From: Octopus bimaculoides
Taxonomy: Eukaryota
Direction of reading: 5' to 3'
Length of the DNA: 64,000 bases
Assembly: GCF_001194135.2 (NCBI RefSeq)
Contig: NC_068989.1
Coordinates: 64,046,609 to 64,110,608 of the forward strand
The position numbers and the translations under genes are program-made. Below are positions 52,163 through 64,000 of the stretch, piece by piece; position 1 is the first letter of the stretch; each line of letters starts with the position of its first letter. The notes below the pieces were generated by a model. It worked only from the letters and a program-made list of their open reading frames with translations, was not told the DNA's origin and did no database searches.

Positions 52163-53902
52163 GGCTGAAGCGTTTGAGCGATCAAGTCCTTCTGGAGAAA
52201 TTTGGAAACTGAATCCGTTGAAAGTTCTCTGGAGGGAGTTTTGGGGTGACATATTTAATCCCTCTTTCCATCAGGTTCTTTGGTGACTTAAGTGAATGCC
52301 CATCTGCCGCAAACATTTTTTTGCGCCCCAGTGTAAGGATAGCTTCATCCTTTCCACCTATCTTGGAGATTCCAGAAAATAAGTCACGAGTTCTACTCTT
52401 TCTTTTTTGAGAATGTAAAAAAGAAAGAAACCAAAATAATTATGAAGAAATCTATAAATGCTCTCTTTACGACGATCCATATTTCGAAAGAGAAGAGCGT
52501 CCACGGCAGCATATACATGGCAATCAATAATATAGATTTACATTTGTACAACTCCATATTTTATTCAGAAAACATTACTGAAATCAGAAATCGAAATAAA
52601 ACCAATGTACTTTTGCATGTTTGAGCTTCAAATATTTTCGGTAATTCTGATAGAAAGTCACAGCCTGCCATATCAATCGGGTCGAATGTTGACCAATAGA
52701 GCTTGAAAAATTCAATAGCGGATTACTGGATTATAATCCTTTATCTCTTAAGAATGCAAAACATTGTATCATTAGGAAGGTGCTGATTCTGCAAAAAATT
52801 GGTAAAATGCCTGGCTAAATCCTTTTAAAGCATTTTAATTTGTTTCTTCCACGTTTTGGTCCATTGATATGGTGTCGGTCGATTTTCTGATTTCATGGAG
52901 CTATTCATTATTTATTGTTGTTAAGAAAAATAATATTTCATATTATGTATGCTAGCAAGAAGAAGAAAAAAATCTTAAACTGTTACATTATATCCCAATT
53001 CAGTCAGTGGAACAGGTAAAATGCACGCTACTCACCACTGTGGTCGAGTTGACTCAGAAATTCCTAGCAATAATGTAACCTTCACTTTAATAAAACAATT
53101 CCAGCCTGATGATTAGCTTACGGAGAGCTTAATTTATTGCATAACTATTACATCAAAAGGTTCAGCTTGCTAAAAAAAACATGTAGCGTGTATTTTACTT
53201 GTTCTATTCTACTCCCTCAATTTGGATTTTTATTCACATTTGTACAGTTCTAGTGGCTAACTTGAGGTATATAGGAACTATCAGCTTATCGAATTTCCTC
53301 GCAACTTCGATGCGAGAACTCCCATGTGTAACCCGCGATGCCAATAAATTGTTATTGCTTCTTATCATAAACTATCCACCCTTTGTTCTCTATACCTGGC
53401 ATACATTCGGATCTCTGGATTATATATATATATATATATATATATATCTGTGGGTGGGGTAGTCAAATCGAATACTAAAACTAGAACAAACAATTGAACA
53501 TTAAAAATGACAATAACAAAGCAAGAGGACGGACATATGGAATGTATTATTTTAACGCTCACGAAAAGTGGAAAGAAGAGTAGGTTTTTANNNNNNNNNN
53601 NNNNNNNNNNNNNNNNNNNNNNNNNNNNNNNNNNNNNNNNNNNNNNNNNNNNNNNNNNNNNNNNNNNNNNNNNNNNNNNNNNNNNNNNNNNNNNNNNNNN
53701 NNNNNNNNNNNNNNNNNNNNNNNNNNNNNNNNNNNNNNNNNNNNNNNNNNNNNNNNNNNNNNNNNNNNNNNNNNNNNNNNNNNNNNNNNNNNNNNNNNNN
53801 NNNNNNNNNNNNNNNNNNNNNNNNNNNNNNNNNNNNNNNNNNNNNNNNNNNNNNNNNNNNNNNNGTGTGTGTGTGTGTGTGTGTGTGTAAATATATATAT
53901 AT

Positions 53903-53949
<47 letters not shown>

Positions 53950-54679
53950 CGCAGAAACAGCGTCGAACACCTGACTTATCCTAGGCCTAAAACAATTTAG
54001 GTAATGCGAAACTGAGTTAAACCATTATTAAATACATGGAACTTCCAGCCAAACGTGCTGAATACTACTTCCTTTCATTTGTTCATGTACTTATGCGTCT
54101 GTGTAAGTGTGCGCGTGTACGTGTGTGTGTCTGCATGTGTGTGTGTGTTAGCAATTTCTAGTAATTATCATCGCAAAACATGCTCTATGTATATATGTAT
54201 ATAATTAGTATTGTGTTCGAGTCAGCGCATGCGTATAGACGTTGAGATATGTATCGTTTCAGTTGTTACACTGTCTCGTACACACATTTGCGTTTATTAA
54301 CACATATGCATGACAATTACGAGATTTTATGTGCGTGTACACATATATGTATGCGTGAAAGTGTTTTGAGTTTGCTTGTATGTATGTACTTGTATAAGTG
54401 CATATTATCATGTGCTTATGTAGAGTTTATATACCTGTATATATAAGAGTCTGTGTGTGTGTGTGTGTTTGTAGTTTGCACGTGATCTGGTTTGTACATG
54501 TGTGCGCATGCTTATGTCGTATACTTGCGTATTAGCAACTGCATTCTCCATTTTGAAAACACATTAATATATGTATACATGCTTGCATTATGTCTGAAAT
54601 TATATATGCATGTATGAATAGATGTGCATGTATATATATTTATATATACATGAGTGTATGTGTGTGTGTGTGTGTATAC

Positions 54680-54769
<90 letters not shown>

Positions 54770-55309
54770 TTATATATATATACACACACACACACACATG
54801 TATGTGCGTGTGTGTTCGTATGTGCTATGTGAGATTACGTACATGTCTATGTTCACGTGTATATGTTTATGTTATGAATATATTCATATGTAAGTACGTT
54901 TTCTCCACAAGAGACATTTCAATATAGAATATTTAGCTCGGAGCTAAATACTTAAGAATGCTCAAAATATTAATTAAAGTCTAGTGTAATTCTTTGGAGA
55001 AATTTTTCATCGATTTTTCCAACCTTATATTGCTTGCTTTATTTAATTTTTATTTATCTTTCCTTTATTTTTAACAAATTTTTCCTATGTGTTTCTGTAA
55101 TAATTTGCTCTTTTACATCATCACCTTCTTCTTCCTCTTCCTCTTCCTCTTCCTTTTCTTCTACTTCTTCTTCTTCTACATCTTCTTCTTTATCTCACAT
55201 CCTCTCCTGCGAAATAAATGACATTAGCTTGTGATTGAAATATCTCCACTGAATTATGTGAATTGTCTCTTAGTCATCTATTTCATTTCGTTTCATTTCT
55301 TTAAAACAG

Positions 55310-55392
55310 GTTTACAACAACCTTGGCCTGCATGATGGATTTGCATTATTATCCACTAGATGTCCAGAATTGCACGGTAGAAGTTGAAAGCT
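55310..55392 (+). CDS. Lcch3: Next coding exon of the same gene, containing the Cys-loop
   Basis: tttctttaaaacAG acceptor and T|gtgagt donor. The 83 nt translate as (R)[27 protein letters not shown](Y), with a C-x13-C Cys-loop. The phase 2 start completes the AG|G Arg codon from the previous exon. Not in the ORF track because it is too short. Confidence 0.96.
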
Positions 55393-56384
55393 GTGAGTCG
55401 ATTCTGTCTCTTCTTTTTCCTTTCTAAATTTTTTATTCTTGTTTTTACCACTTTTGAATTTTACGAGTTTTCTACTTTTACTTCTTTCTTCTTCCTTTGT
55501 TTAAATTTATTTGATTCTTCATTTTTTTTCCGTTGTTCACTTTTTACGCTTTTCTGAAATCCATTTTTCCCGTTTTATATCAGATGTGGAGTATTTAACG
55601 AAATGAACCACATTGTAATGGTGTTTTAGGATTTGGAGTGGATTAATTAAATAACGGTGTTTTATGTGAGTAGTTGAGTGCAATGAGTTAGTTATATTTT
55701 ATTGGCGGTCTTCAATAATCACAACATGTATTCAATTTTTGAAATCATCGTCAAAAATATGAGATCCACAGTATTTCTTTCTTTCTTTTTCGCTATATTA
55801 ATGATTACTTGTAAACTGTTTCAGAATGAAGTGAAGTTTAATTAGAAAACAGATTTATAGAAATGAATAACAGTGTTTGGTAAAAGCAAATATTTGAAAT
55901 AGTTTTATTTAAAAACGCACATTTAATTACATTAGGTTGGTTAAAAGTAATATTTTTGATGTTAACATGATTTAAAATTATGTTTGGAAGAATTTTAGAA
56001 TTCTGTGAAATAAATAAAATTCTTTCTAAATAATTTTATAGGATGGAATTACCTTAGAAATAACAATATTTCAATTAAACAGTATTTTTTAAAAGAAAAA
56101 GGTGGATGCATATTCAATTTGATAGAAAATATGGCCAGCGATTGAAATACTTAATAGTGTTTAGTTTCGAACTCAATGTCAAGTTTTTCTAAACTTAATT
56201 TCCAATCAAACGCATTGATAATTGAAACATTACCTTTTATCAATCTAATGTGAAAACTGCGTTTTTAAAGACTGTTACGTGTCTCTGAGTGCCAATGAAA
56301 GCAACCGCTTTATTTATTACAAAGAAGTGTTAAATAGGCACATTGATCTATCCTATTTACAATAACCGCTAATATTAGTGGGCT

Positions 56385-56592
56385 TAGTGATCTGGCAGAA
56401 TCGTTAGCACGCCGAGCAAAATGCTTTGCGGCATTTAGTCCTTCTTTATGTCCTCAGTTCAAATTCCACCGAGGTCGGCTTTACCTTTCATCCTATCGCG
56501 GTTGATAAAGTAAGTATAAATTGAGCACTAGGGTCGATGTAATCGACTTACACCCTACCCCGAAACTGCTGGCCTTGTGCCAAAATTTGAAA
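56385..56592 (+). mobile_element. Family A SINE about 1 kb downstream of the Cys-loop exon
   Basis: tggcagaatcgttagcacgccgagcaaaatgc..gttcaaattccaccgaggtcgg..CORE..ccttgtgccaaaatttgaaa. Confidence 0.85.
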
Positions 56593-56615
56593 TGAATATT
56601 AGTTGGCTAATAAAA

Positions 56616-56946
56616 AACTGGCATTCCGTCGATTGAGACGACGCGGGAACCAGTTGATACGATCAGCGGAATAGCCTGCTCGTGGAATTAAGGCGCAATC
56701 ACTGAGCACTCTCCAGACACTCATGCCTTTAACGCAGTTTTCGAGGAAATTCAGCGTGACAAATACAGCCGAATGTGACGAGGCTGGTCCCTTGAATTAC
56801 ATGTACAACACATTTTGCCAGTTGAGTGAACTGGATCAACGTGAAATAATGTGCTTTGCGCAAGGAAACAACGCACCGCCGGGAATCGAAATCAAGACCT
56901 TACGATTAAGAACCGATATTACTATCCACTAAACCACACGCCTTCA
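56616..56946 (-). mobile_element. Family C SINE, tail-to-tail with the family A copy at 56385
   Basis: Same head, core and tail as 50840-51164. Confidence 0.85.
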
Positions 56947-57819
56947 GGCTTGTAAGCAGTGTATCTGTGGCGAGTTAAAGAGAGTATACAGTTGCTGACA
57001 AAAGTTCCAACAGCATGTACAACGCTTCATTATTTTCCTGTTCACAAACGTATTGTAGAGGCACACTCTTTACAATCCTGTAACATACAGAGTTGGCTAA
57101 TAAATCTATAGGTAGGTTCTATAATACATCATTGCCACGAAGCAAAACTCTTTTAATGTCCCAGCAATTTCATGTTAGACCTAGCTGCTACGAAATTGTT
57201 AAACATGTTAATTGGTCAAGCCTGTTTACTTTAACTTCTAAGATGCATGAGTTTACAAGCACTGTCTTCGTGGATAGTTAAAGTGGGTGCACATTTGTAT
57301 GTAAGCTATTGTTTCTTCTCTGCCAAGAAATGTATTGTCGAGATGTATTGTTTACATTCCTCATAACATACAATGCTGGCTAATAAATTTATGGATATGT
57401 TCTGTGGTACATTACAGATTTTTGTTTATATACGTGAAAATGTCGAAATCTAACGAATTCTAAGATTATATAAAAACGATTTTGTCTCCTGTCTAAATTG
57501 AATAACAGCCATACACTGTAAATCGACTATACATCCCCCTCCTAAAATCATTTTTAGGTCTTCAACCAGTAAAAGAAATCGACATTACTATTTTCTTGAA
57601 CGTGCTCATATAAATTGTTATACATCACTCCATTTATACGAAGTATAAATGAAATTATGGACAAATTCTTTCAGTGGGAAATGACTTGAATTCAACAGCT
57701 CTTAAAGTTGATTCTGCACAAAACTATAGTTATTTGTTATTATCAGACTTTCCATAAAAAATGGTTTCAAACCTATGCACTATCTTGCAGATTGTCTATA
57801 AACTCATGTTCAATTATCA

Positions 57820-57930
57820 TTCTTCTTCTTCTTCTTCTTCTTCTTCTTCTTCTTCTTCTTCTTCTTCTTCTTCTTCTTCTTCTTCTTCTTCTTCTTCTCC
57901 TCCTCCTCCTCCTCCTCCTTCTTCTTCTTC
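57820..57930. repeat. (TTC)n/(TCC)n microsatellite running into a gap
   Basis: Direct inspection. Confidence 0.97.
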
Positions 57931-58060
57931 NNNNNNNNNNNNNNNNNNNNNNNNNNNNNNNNNNNNNNNNNNNNNNNNNNNNNNNNNNNNNNNNNNNNNN
58001 NNNNNNNNNNNNNNNNNNNNNNNNNNNNNNNNNNNNNNNTCTCTTGTTTTTGTTGTTGCT

Positions 58061-58503
58061 AAAGCGGCGAGCTGGCAGAATCGTTAACACGCCGGGCGAA
58101 ATGCTTAGCGACATTTCGACCGTCTTTACGTTCGAAGTTCAAATTACGCCGAGGTCGACTTTGCCTTCCATCCTTTCGAGGTCGATAAAATAAGTACCAG
58201 TTGAGTACTGGAGTCGATGTAATCGACTTACCGCCTCAACCAAGTTTCGGGCCTTGTGCCTATAGTAGAAAACATTATTATTATTAAAGGAGCCGAGCAG
58301 GCAGAATCGTTAGCACGCCGGGCGAAATACTGATAAGCATTTCGCCCGTCACTACGTTCTATGTTCAAATTCCGCCGAGGTCGTCTCTGCCTTTTATCCT
58401 TTCAGGGTCGATAAATTAAGTACCAGTGTAACACTGGGGTCGATTTAATCAACTAGTCCTCTCCCTAAAATTTCAAGCGTTGTGCCTTTAGTAGAAAGGA
58501 TTA
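58061..58503 (+). mobile_element. Two tandem family A SINEs
   Basis: Units at 58061-58272 and about 58287-58503, each ending gtagaaa..(att)n. Confidence 0.87.
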
Positions 58504-58509
58504 TAATTT

Positions 58510-59189
58510 AATTGTTTTACATCTCAGAGCGCTCGATCTTGTTTGCTCAGGTAGATTCTGTGAGAGCTGGCAATAGCCTGCTCTCAGAGGTCTCACAGGG
58601 ACTCTTTCTGCACCTTATAAGCTTTGGTACTTAGTTTTTAATTATCGTGGGATTCCTTCATTTGCTTAGTGATGATCTTGTAATCTCTAGAGCGTTTAAT
58701 TGACTACCTATAAAGTTCTGTAGTCCCAAGTAGTGTTTTCTGCAGAATCTTTGCTGTTCCAAAAGTGTTGTTTTTTGTAATGTCATAATGCTGGGACAGA
58801 TTCTAATTGAGTCGGAGTGTTTCTGAATGTTTTTTTGTCACTGATCATAATTGGTATCATTCTTGTTTTCATATTCCACAGTATCTCGATATCTATTCGC
58901 AAGTTTGCATATGGAACGATTTTCTTGTTTTCGTTAACATTGATATAATAATCTGCTGGGCAAGATACATCGATTGCCAAACACCTCTTTACAATACCTT
59001 TCTCAACTAAAGTTACGTTTGGCCCTGTATGTTGAAGTAGTCGGTCTAGATCAGTGCTTCTCAACCTCTTTACCCTTACGTAATCCTTCAAATAAATTAC
59101 ATGTCTCAAGGAACCCCTGCTCAAAAAACATTATATACCATACCTTTCTCATATCGTTTCATCGTAGTTCACGTGGTAAATAATACATA

Positions 59190-59225
<36 letters not shown>

Positions 59226-59520
59226 TATACATATATATATGTAATTATATATATATTACAATATTACAATGACCAATAATATGCTGTGCATATATAGTAT
59301 TATTACGATCATGAAATTAGCATTAGCTTATCTCACACTTTTTTGCTGAACCCCTAAGAACCTTTTGTGGAACCCTAGGGTTCCGGGGATCTCCGGTTGA
59401 GAAACGCTGGTCTAGATTGTAAAGTCCCACTAGAGTTTCACAGCCTGATTTTCTAGGACCTTCTCTGGTTTGTGTTGATACGATTTCTCAGTAGTTGGAA
59501 ACCCATATTTCTTGCATAAA
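58510..59520 (-). mobile_element. R4/Dong-like RLE fragment with 3' end, interrupted by a hAT MITE
   Basis: With 59052-59417 removed, the minus strand reads LCKKYGFPTTEKSYQHKPEKVLENQAVKL*WDFTI*TDRLLQHTGPNVTLVEKGIVKRCLAIDVSCPADYYINVNENKKIVPYANLRIDIEILWNMKTRMIPIMI. Confidence 0.82.
59052..59409. mobile_element. hAT-superfamily (Charlie-like) MITE
   Basis: TIRs CAGTGCTTCTCAACC and (reverse complement) CAGCGTTTCTCAACC match at 13/15. Perfect 8-bp TSD GTCTAGAT at 59044-59051 and 59410-59417, fitting the NTCTAGAN target. Confidence 0.9.
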
Positions 59521-60107
59521 AAGCAGTGGAGGTGCAAGCAAACTTTATCGTGATGCCTTTTATATTCTCTCTGCGCAACCATGTCGCATGTACTCACGAA
59601 GTGTCATACATTCTATCGTCTTCCCATATTACCTTTATTCATTTGTTTCAGCTGGGTAATGCAATCTTTGTATTTAGTTCGTGTTTNNNNNNNNNNNNNN
59701 NNNNNNNNNNNNNNNNNNNNNNNNNNNNNNNNNNNNNNNNNNNNNNNNNNNNNNNNNNNNNNNNNNNNNNNNNNNNNNNNNNNNNNNNNNNNNNNNNNNN
59801 NNNNNNNNNNNNNNNNNNNNNNNNNNNNNNNNNNNNNNNNNNNNNNNNNNNNNNNNNNNNNNNNNNNNNNNNNNNNNNNNNNNNNNNNNNNNNNNNNNNN
59901 NNNNNNNNNNNNNNNNNNNNNNNNNNNNNNNNNNNNNNNNNNNNNNNNNNNNNNNNNNNNNNNNNNNNNNNNNNNNNNNNNNNNNNNNNNNNNNNNNNNN
60001 NNNNNNNNNNNNNNNNNNNNNNNNNNNNNNNNNNNNNNNNNNNNNNNNNNNNNNNNNNNNNNNNNNNNNNNNNNNNNNNNNNNNNNNNNNNNNNNNNNNN
60101 NNNNNNN

Positions 60108-60141
<34 letters not shown>

Positions 60142-60244
60142 TCCTAACATTTTCTTTTGGGTGCAATGAATCATTGTCAGCCAATTTCTATAACGTTAAC
60201 CTGTCTAACTTCTCTCTCTTTGTGGTCTAATTCAAAGTTGCCGC

Positions 60245-60720
60245 ACTACATCTAATAAAACCGGCACAGCCCTTCGTTTTCAGTAGCATCTCTGACCCGT
60301 TTAAATAGACTTCTTTCACATTTCATTTCATATTCTCATTTAGAACTTCTTCCAATTAAAAAATGTCCAGTGAATTGTACTAGCTATCCTCCGAATCATC
60401 AATTGACTCTCATCAGGTAACTCAATCCCACAACTACATATACGCCTCCCTCACTTCATAGTTGGAGTGATGCACTTTGAAATAGCAAACTCCATTCCAA
60501 TGTCTTTATAGCATCAGTGAACAGTTCTGACCAGTGAATTACCTGTGACTCATTCTCATGCCAAAGAGCTTCAGATTATCCATGAAAAGTAGATGATTGA
60601 TCTTAGGTCCTCTGCTTTCAGTCTAATAGCCAATATGTCTCCCGTAAGATCATCAATAATAGAATCTTGGCAATCACAACTGCCAATGGTGAGATTGAGC
60701 CTCTTTGGAAAAATTCCTCC
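60245..60720 (-). mobile_element. Degenerate reverse transcriptase fragment of an R4/Dong-like element
   Basis: NHLLFMDNLKLFG (degenerate YMDD), then KDIGMEFAISKC and GIELPD, across frameshifts and stops. Confidence 0.75.
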
Positions 60721-60836
60721 TCTAATATTAACCACTATTTTCGTCATCATCGTCGTCGTCGTCGTCGTCATCGTCGTCATCGTCGTCGTAGTCGTCGTCG
60801 TCGTCATCGTCGTCGTCGTCGTCGTCATCATCATCA

Positions 60837-60880
<44 letters not shown>

Positions 60881-61395
60881 GAATGAGAGAGCAGCACACG
60901 CTATCAAAGTACCGCTAGAGTACAAATATATGAAGCTCAATATACCCATCATGACTATAGTCTGGTAAGAGGACATCCAGGCACATGCATCGCAGCCATA
61001 TATACGCGACATAGCGACCTCATATCAAAATAAAGAGCACATGAACTGGCAGGTGGAATCCAGTTAGAATATTCTTCAGGTCGAGTAGCCCATACCGCTC
61101 AAAAGATCCCTGGTTAAAATTGTTTCCAGGGGCGAATTATTCAAACCCCAAATAATCCCTCTCAACACATGGTTATGATGCTCCCCCACTACTCCTGCTC
61201 GTAATCAGAGATACACATATCGTCAGCCAATAAGGGGCAGGCTCAGCTTGTTAATGTCAAATAACTAACAGGAAAATCTGTTGTATTGAGCAAAATATTT
61301 GCTGTAGTCCATTCATCTTTTACACAAAGCCAAAACACGTACATGATAACACTTCCAATCAGTTAAGACCAGATGCCACGTGAGCCAGTGCCTGG
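60881..61395 (-). mobile_element. Unclassified interspersed element flanked by (ATT)n; partial second copy at about 12075-12305
   Basis: About 61160-61395 aligns with about 12075-12305 (caacacatggctatgatg..acatgataacacttcca.tcagttaaga). Both ends abut (ATT)n. Strand is inferred from the (AAT)n tail. Confidence 0.65.
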
Positions 61396-62156
61396 TATTT
61401 ATTATTATTATTATTATTATTTTGGCCGTTTGAAGCTCCGTAAGTTGAAATAGTGTATGAAATCTTTTCGGCCTTCTAAGGTCCCGTGTTTTTATTTTAT
61501 TGTTACCATTGCATTTCTGAGATTGTCTGGACTAGGACGGAAGAAGAAGCCAGGTGTCATTCGGCAACAATTTTCGAGGAATGAAAACTTCATAATCCCC
61601 GGTTGTCTCGACCAATACCTTCCCAAGTTTAGGGTACTGAATGTACCGCCAGAAATATCCATCATCTGGTTAGTGGCGGCCGTCTTGGCAGGTTTAGAAG
61701 AAGAACGAAGTGACAATATTGGAGGTCAAATGTAGAACTGTGTGAAACACTTATTATTATTGCTATTACTATTATCATTTTTAATAGTTTACAGTTTTAT
61801 ATGAGTTTGGTTTTATTTTATTATTTCATTGTGCAATTTTACTAAGAGTAAAGTCTGTTAAATTTGACCAGTCCTTGCTTGCAATTGTTATACAACTTGA
61901 GGTTTAGGAAAACCTTGATTTAGAAATCTGTAATATTCATAGTTTGCTCATCAGTAACATTATCATCGCTAATGAAGACAAACAACTTCCAATGACAATC
62001 AAATAGAAATTAACGTTTCCGTTCACTGTGGAATTTCTTTATTGCTCTTCAATATTTAACTCAGCTTAGTTGTAGATACATTTCGGTTTAACAACACCTC
62101 ATGTCATTTAAATGTCCTTAGTCGAGTCCATTTTGCTGCTAACTTACCGACCAGGT

Positions 62157-62961
62157 AAGGCGGCGAGCTGGCAGAATCGTTAGCACGCCGGGCGAAATGC
62201 TTAGCGGTATTTCGTCTGCCGTTACGTTCTGAGTTCAAATTCCGCCGAGGTCGACTTTGCCTTTCATCCTTTCGGGGTCGATAAATTAAGTACCAGTTAC
62301 GCACTGGGGTCGATGTAATCGACTTAATCCGTTCGTCTGTTCTTGTTTGTTCCCTCTATGTTTAGCCCCTTGTGGGCAATAACGAAATACGAAATAGGTA
62401 TTTCGTCTGCCATTACGTTCTGAGTTCAAATTCCGCCGAGGTCGACTTAGCCTTTCATCGTTTTGGAGTCGATTAAATAAGTACCAGTTACACACTGAGG
62501 TCGATGTAATCGACTTAATCCCTTTGTCTGTCCTTGTTTGTCCCCTCTATGTTTAGCCCCTGTGGGCAATAGAGAAATTGGTATTTCATTTGCCGCTACG
62601 TTCTGAGTTCAAATTCCGTCGAGGTCGACTTTGCCTTTCATTCTTTCGAGGTCAATTAAATAAGTACCAGTTACGCACTGGGGTCGATATAATCGACTTA
62701 ATCCGTTTGTTTGTCCTGGTTTATCCCCTCTGTTTGTAGCCCCTTGTGGGCAGTAAAGAAATAAGAAACGTTAGCACACCGGGCGAAATGCTTAGCGGTA
62801 TTACGTCTGTTTTTACGTTCTGAGTTCAAATTCCACTGAAGTCGACTTTGCCTTTCATCCTTTCGGGGTCGATTAATTAAGTACAAGTAACATACTGAGG
62901 TCGATCTAATCGACTAGTTCCCTCCCCAAAAATTTGGAGCCTTGTGCCTAGAGTAGAAAAG
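62157..62961 (+). mobile_element. Tandem array of four CORE-type tRNA-derived SINE units (family A)
   Basis: Units start at about 62157, 62397, 62580 and 62765. A box tggcagaatcgttag, B box gagttcaaattcc, CORE-like gcctttcatcctttcggggtcgataaattaagtaccag. Possibly the described octopus OR2 CORE-SINE (from memory). Confidence 0.9.
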
Positions 62962-63316
62962 AGCATACAGACCAGGTGTTTTGGTACGATCTAACGACAA
63001 CTCGGTCTGTATTCCTGCGCTGATCGCTTTCGACTGCAACAGATCTGGCGCTGGGGCGGAAGGGTTCACTTTTCTATAGTCCACTTCTCTCGGAAACCCA
63101 ACAAAATGGAAAACAACACCATTTCTGCGTTTACTAAGCCTCAAACATTCTTTCTAATAAAAAAAATATTGTTTAAAACTGGTCATAGGGAAATCGTTAT
63201 GTATTCTTCTCTACTCGAGGAACAAGGTCCGAAATTTTGGGGGAGGGGGCCAGTCGAGTAGTACTGGTACTTAATTTATCGAACCCGAAAAAACATAACA
63301 CATTAATATATACAAA

Positions 63317-63616
63317 TTGTTGTTGGCACTCCGTCGCTTACGACGCCGAGGGTGTCAGTTGATCCGATCAACGGAACAGCCTGCTCGTGAAATGAACGTG
63401 CAAGTGGCTGAGCACTCCACAGACACGTGTACCCTTAACGTAGTTCTCGGGGATATTCAGCGTGACACAGTGTGACAAGGCTGACCCTTTGAATTACAGG
63501 CACAACAGAAACAAGAAGTAAGAGTGAGAGAAAGTTGTGGTGGAAGAGTACTGCAGGGTTCGCCACCATCCCCTGCCGGAGCCTCGTGGGGCTTTAGGTG
63601 TTTTCACTCAATAAAC
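63317..63616 (-). mobile_element. Family C-related SINE with the same 3' part and a different central region; head in gap
   Basis: ttgttggcactccgtcgcttacgacg..gttgatccgatcaacggaacagcctgctcgtg..gtgacaaggctg, then a divergent middle. Confidence 0.82.
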
Positions 63617-64000
63617 ANNNNNNNNNNNNNNNNNNNNNNNNNNNNNNNNNNNNNNNNNNNNNNNNNNNNNNNNNNNNNNNNNNNNNNNNNNNNNNNNNNN
63701 NNNNNNNNNNNNNNNNNNNNNNNNNNNNNNNNNNNNNNNNNNNNNNNNNNNNNNNNNNNNNNNNNNNNNNNNNNNNNNNNNNNNNNNNNNNNNNNNNNNN
63801 NNNNNNNNNNNNNNNNNNNNNNNNNNNNNNNNNNNNNNNNNNNNNNNNNNNNNNNNNNNNNNNNNNNNNNNNNNNNNNNNNNNNNNNNNNNNNNNNNNNN
63901 NNNNNNNNNNNNNNNNNNNNNNNNNNNNNNNNNNNNNNNNNNNNNNNNNNNNNNNNNNNNNNNATATATTATATATACACATGTGTATGTTTGACTCTGT

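Larger units (their letters stand above)
41267..55309 (+). other. GT-AG intron (14,043 bp including N gaps) between the two exons
   Basis: Starts gtaagt, ends acag; phase 2 at both ends; no other recognisable channel exon inside. Confidence 0.85.

Noticed and set aside
62157-62961. CRISPR-like array
   Set aside because: Units are about 183-bp SINE bodies without unique spacers; eukaryotic context and no cas genes.

Overview
AT-rich, microsatellite-dense, gappy eukaryotic genomic DNA. The SINE families, microsatellite load and gene sequence point to a coleoid cephalopod, most likely Octopus (inference). The only host coding sequence I can support is two + strand exons of a Cys-loop GABA-A receptor beta-like subunit (Lcch3 / Lymnaea GABA-beta type): 41043-41266 and 55310-55392, with canonical splice sites and matching phases. 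The rest is intron or intergenic DNA filled with repeats: three tRNA-derived SINE families, Penelope-like (PLE) remnants, R4/Dong-type RLE non-LTR remnants sitting in (ATT)n tracts, hAT MITEs, a Tc1 remnant and many microsatellites. Nearly all ORF-track entries are microsatellite or N-gap artefacts. The most notable unannotated signals are minimal type I hammerhead ribozyme motifs. One has an intact catalytic core at 34218-34252 (- strand). Three complementarily mutated copies lie in a fold-back plus tandem repeat unit at about 16150-17040. No CRISPR, rRNA or genuine tRNA genes were seen.
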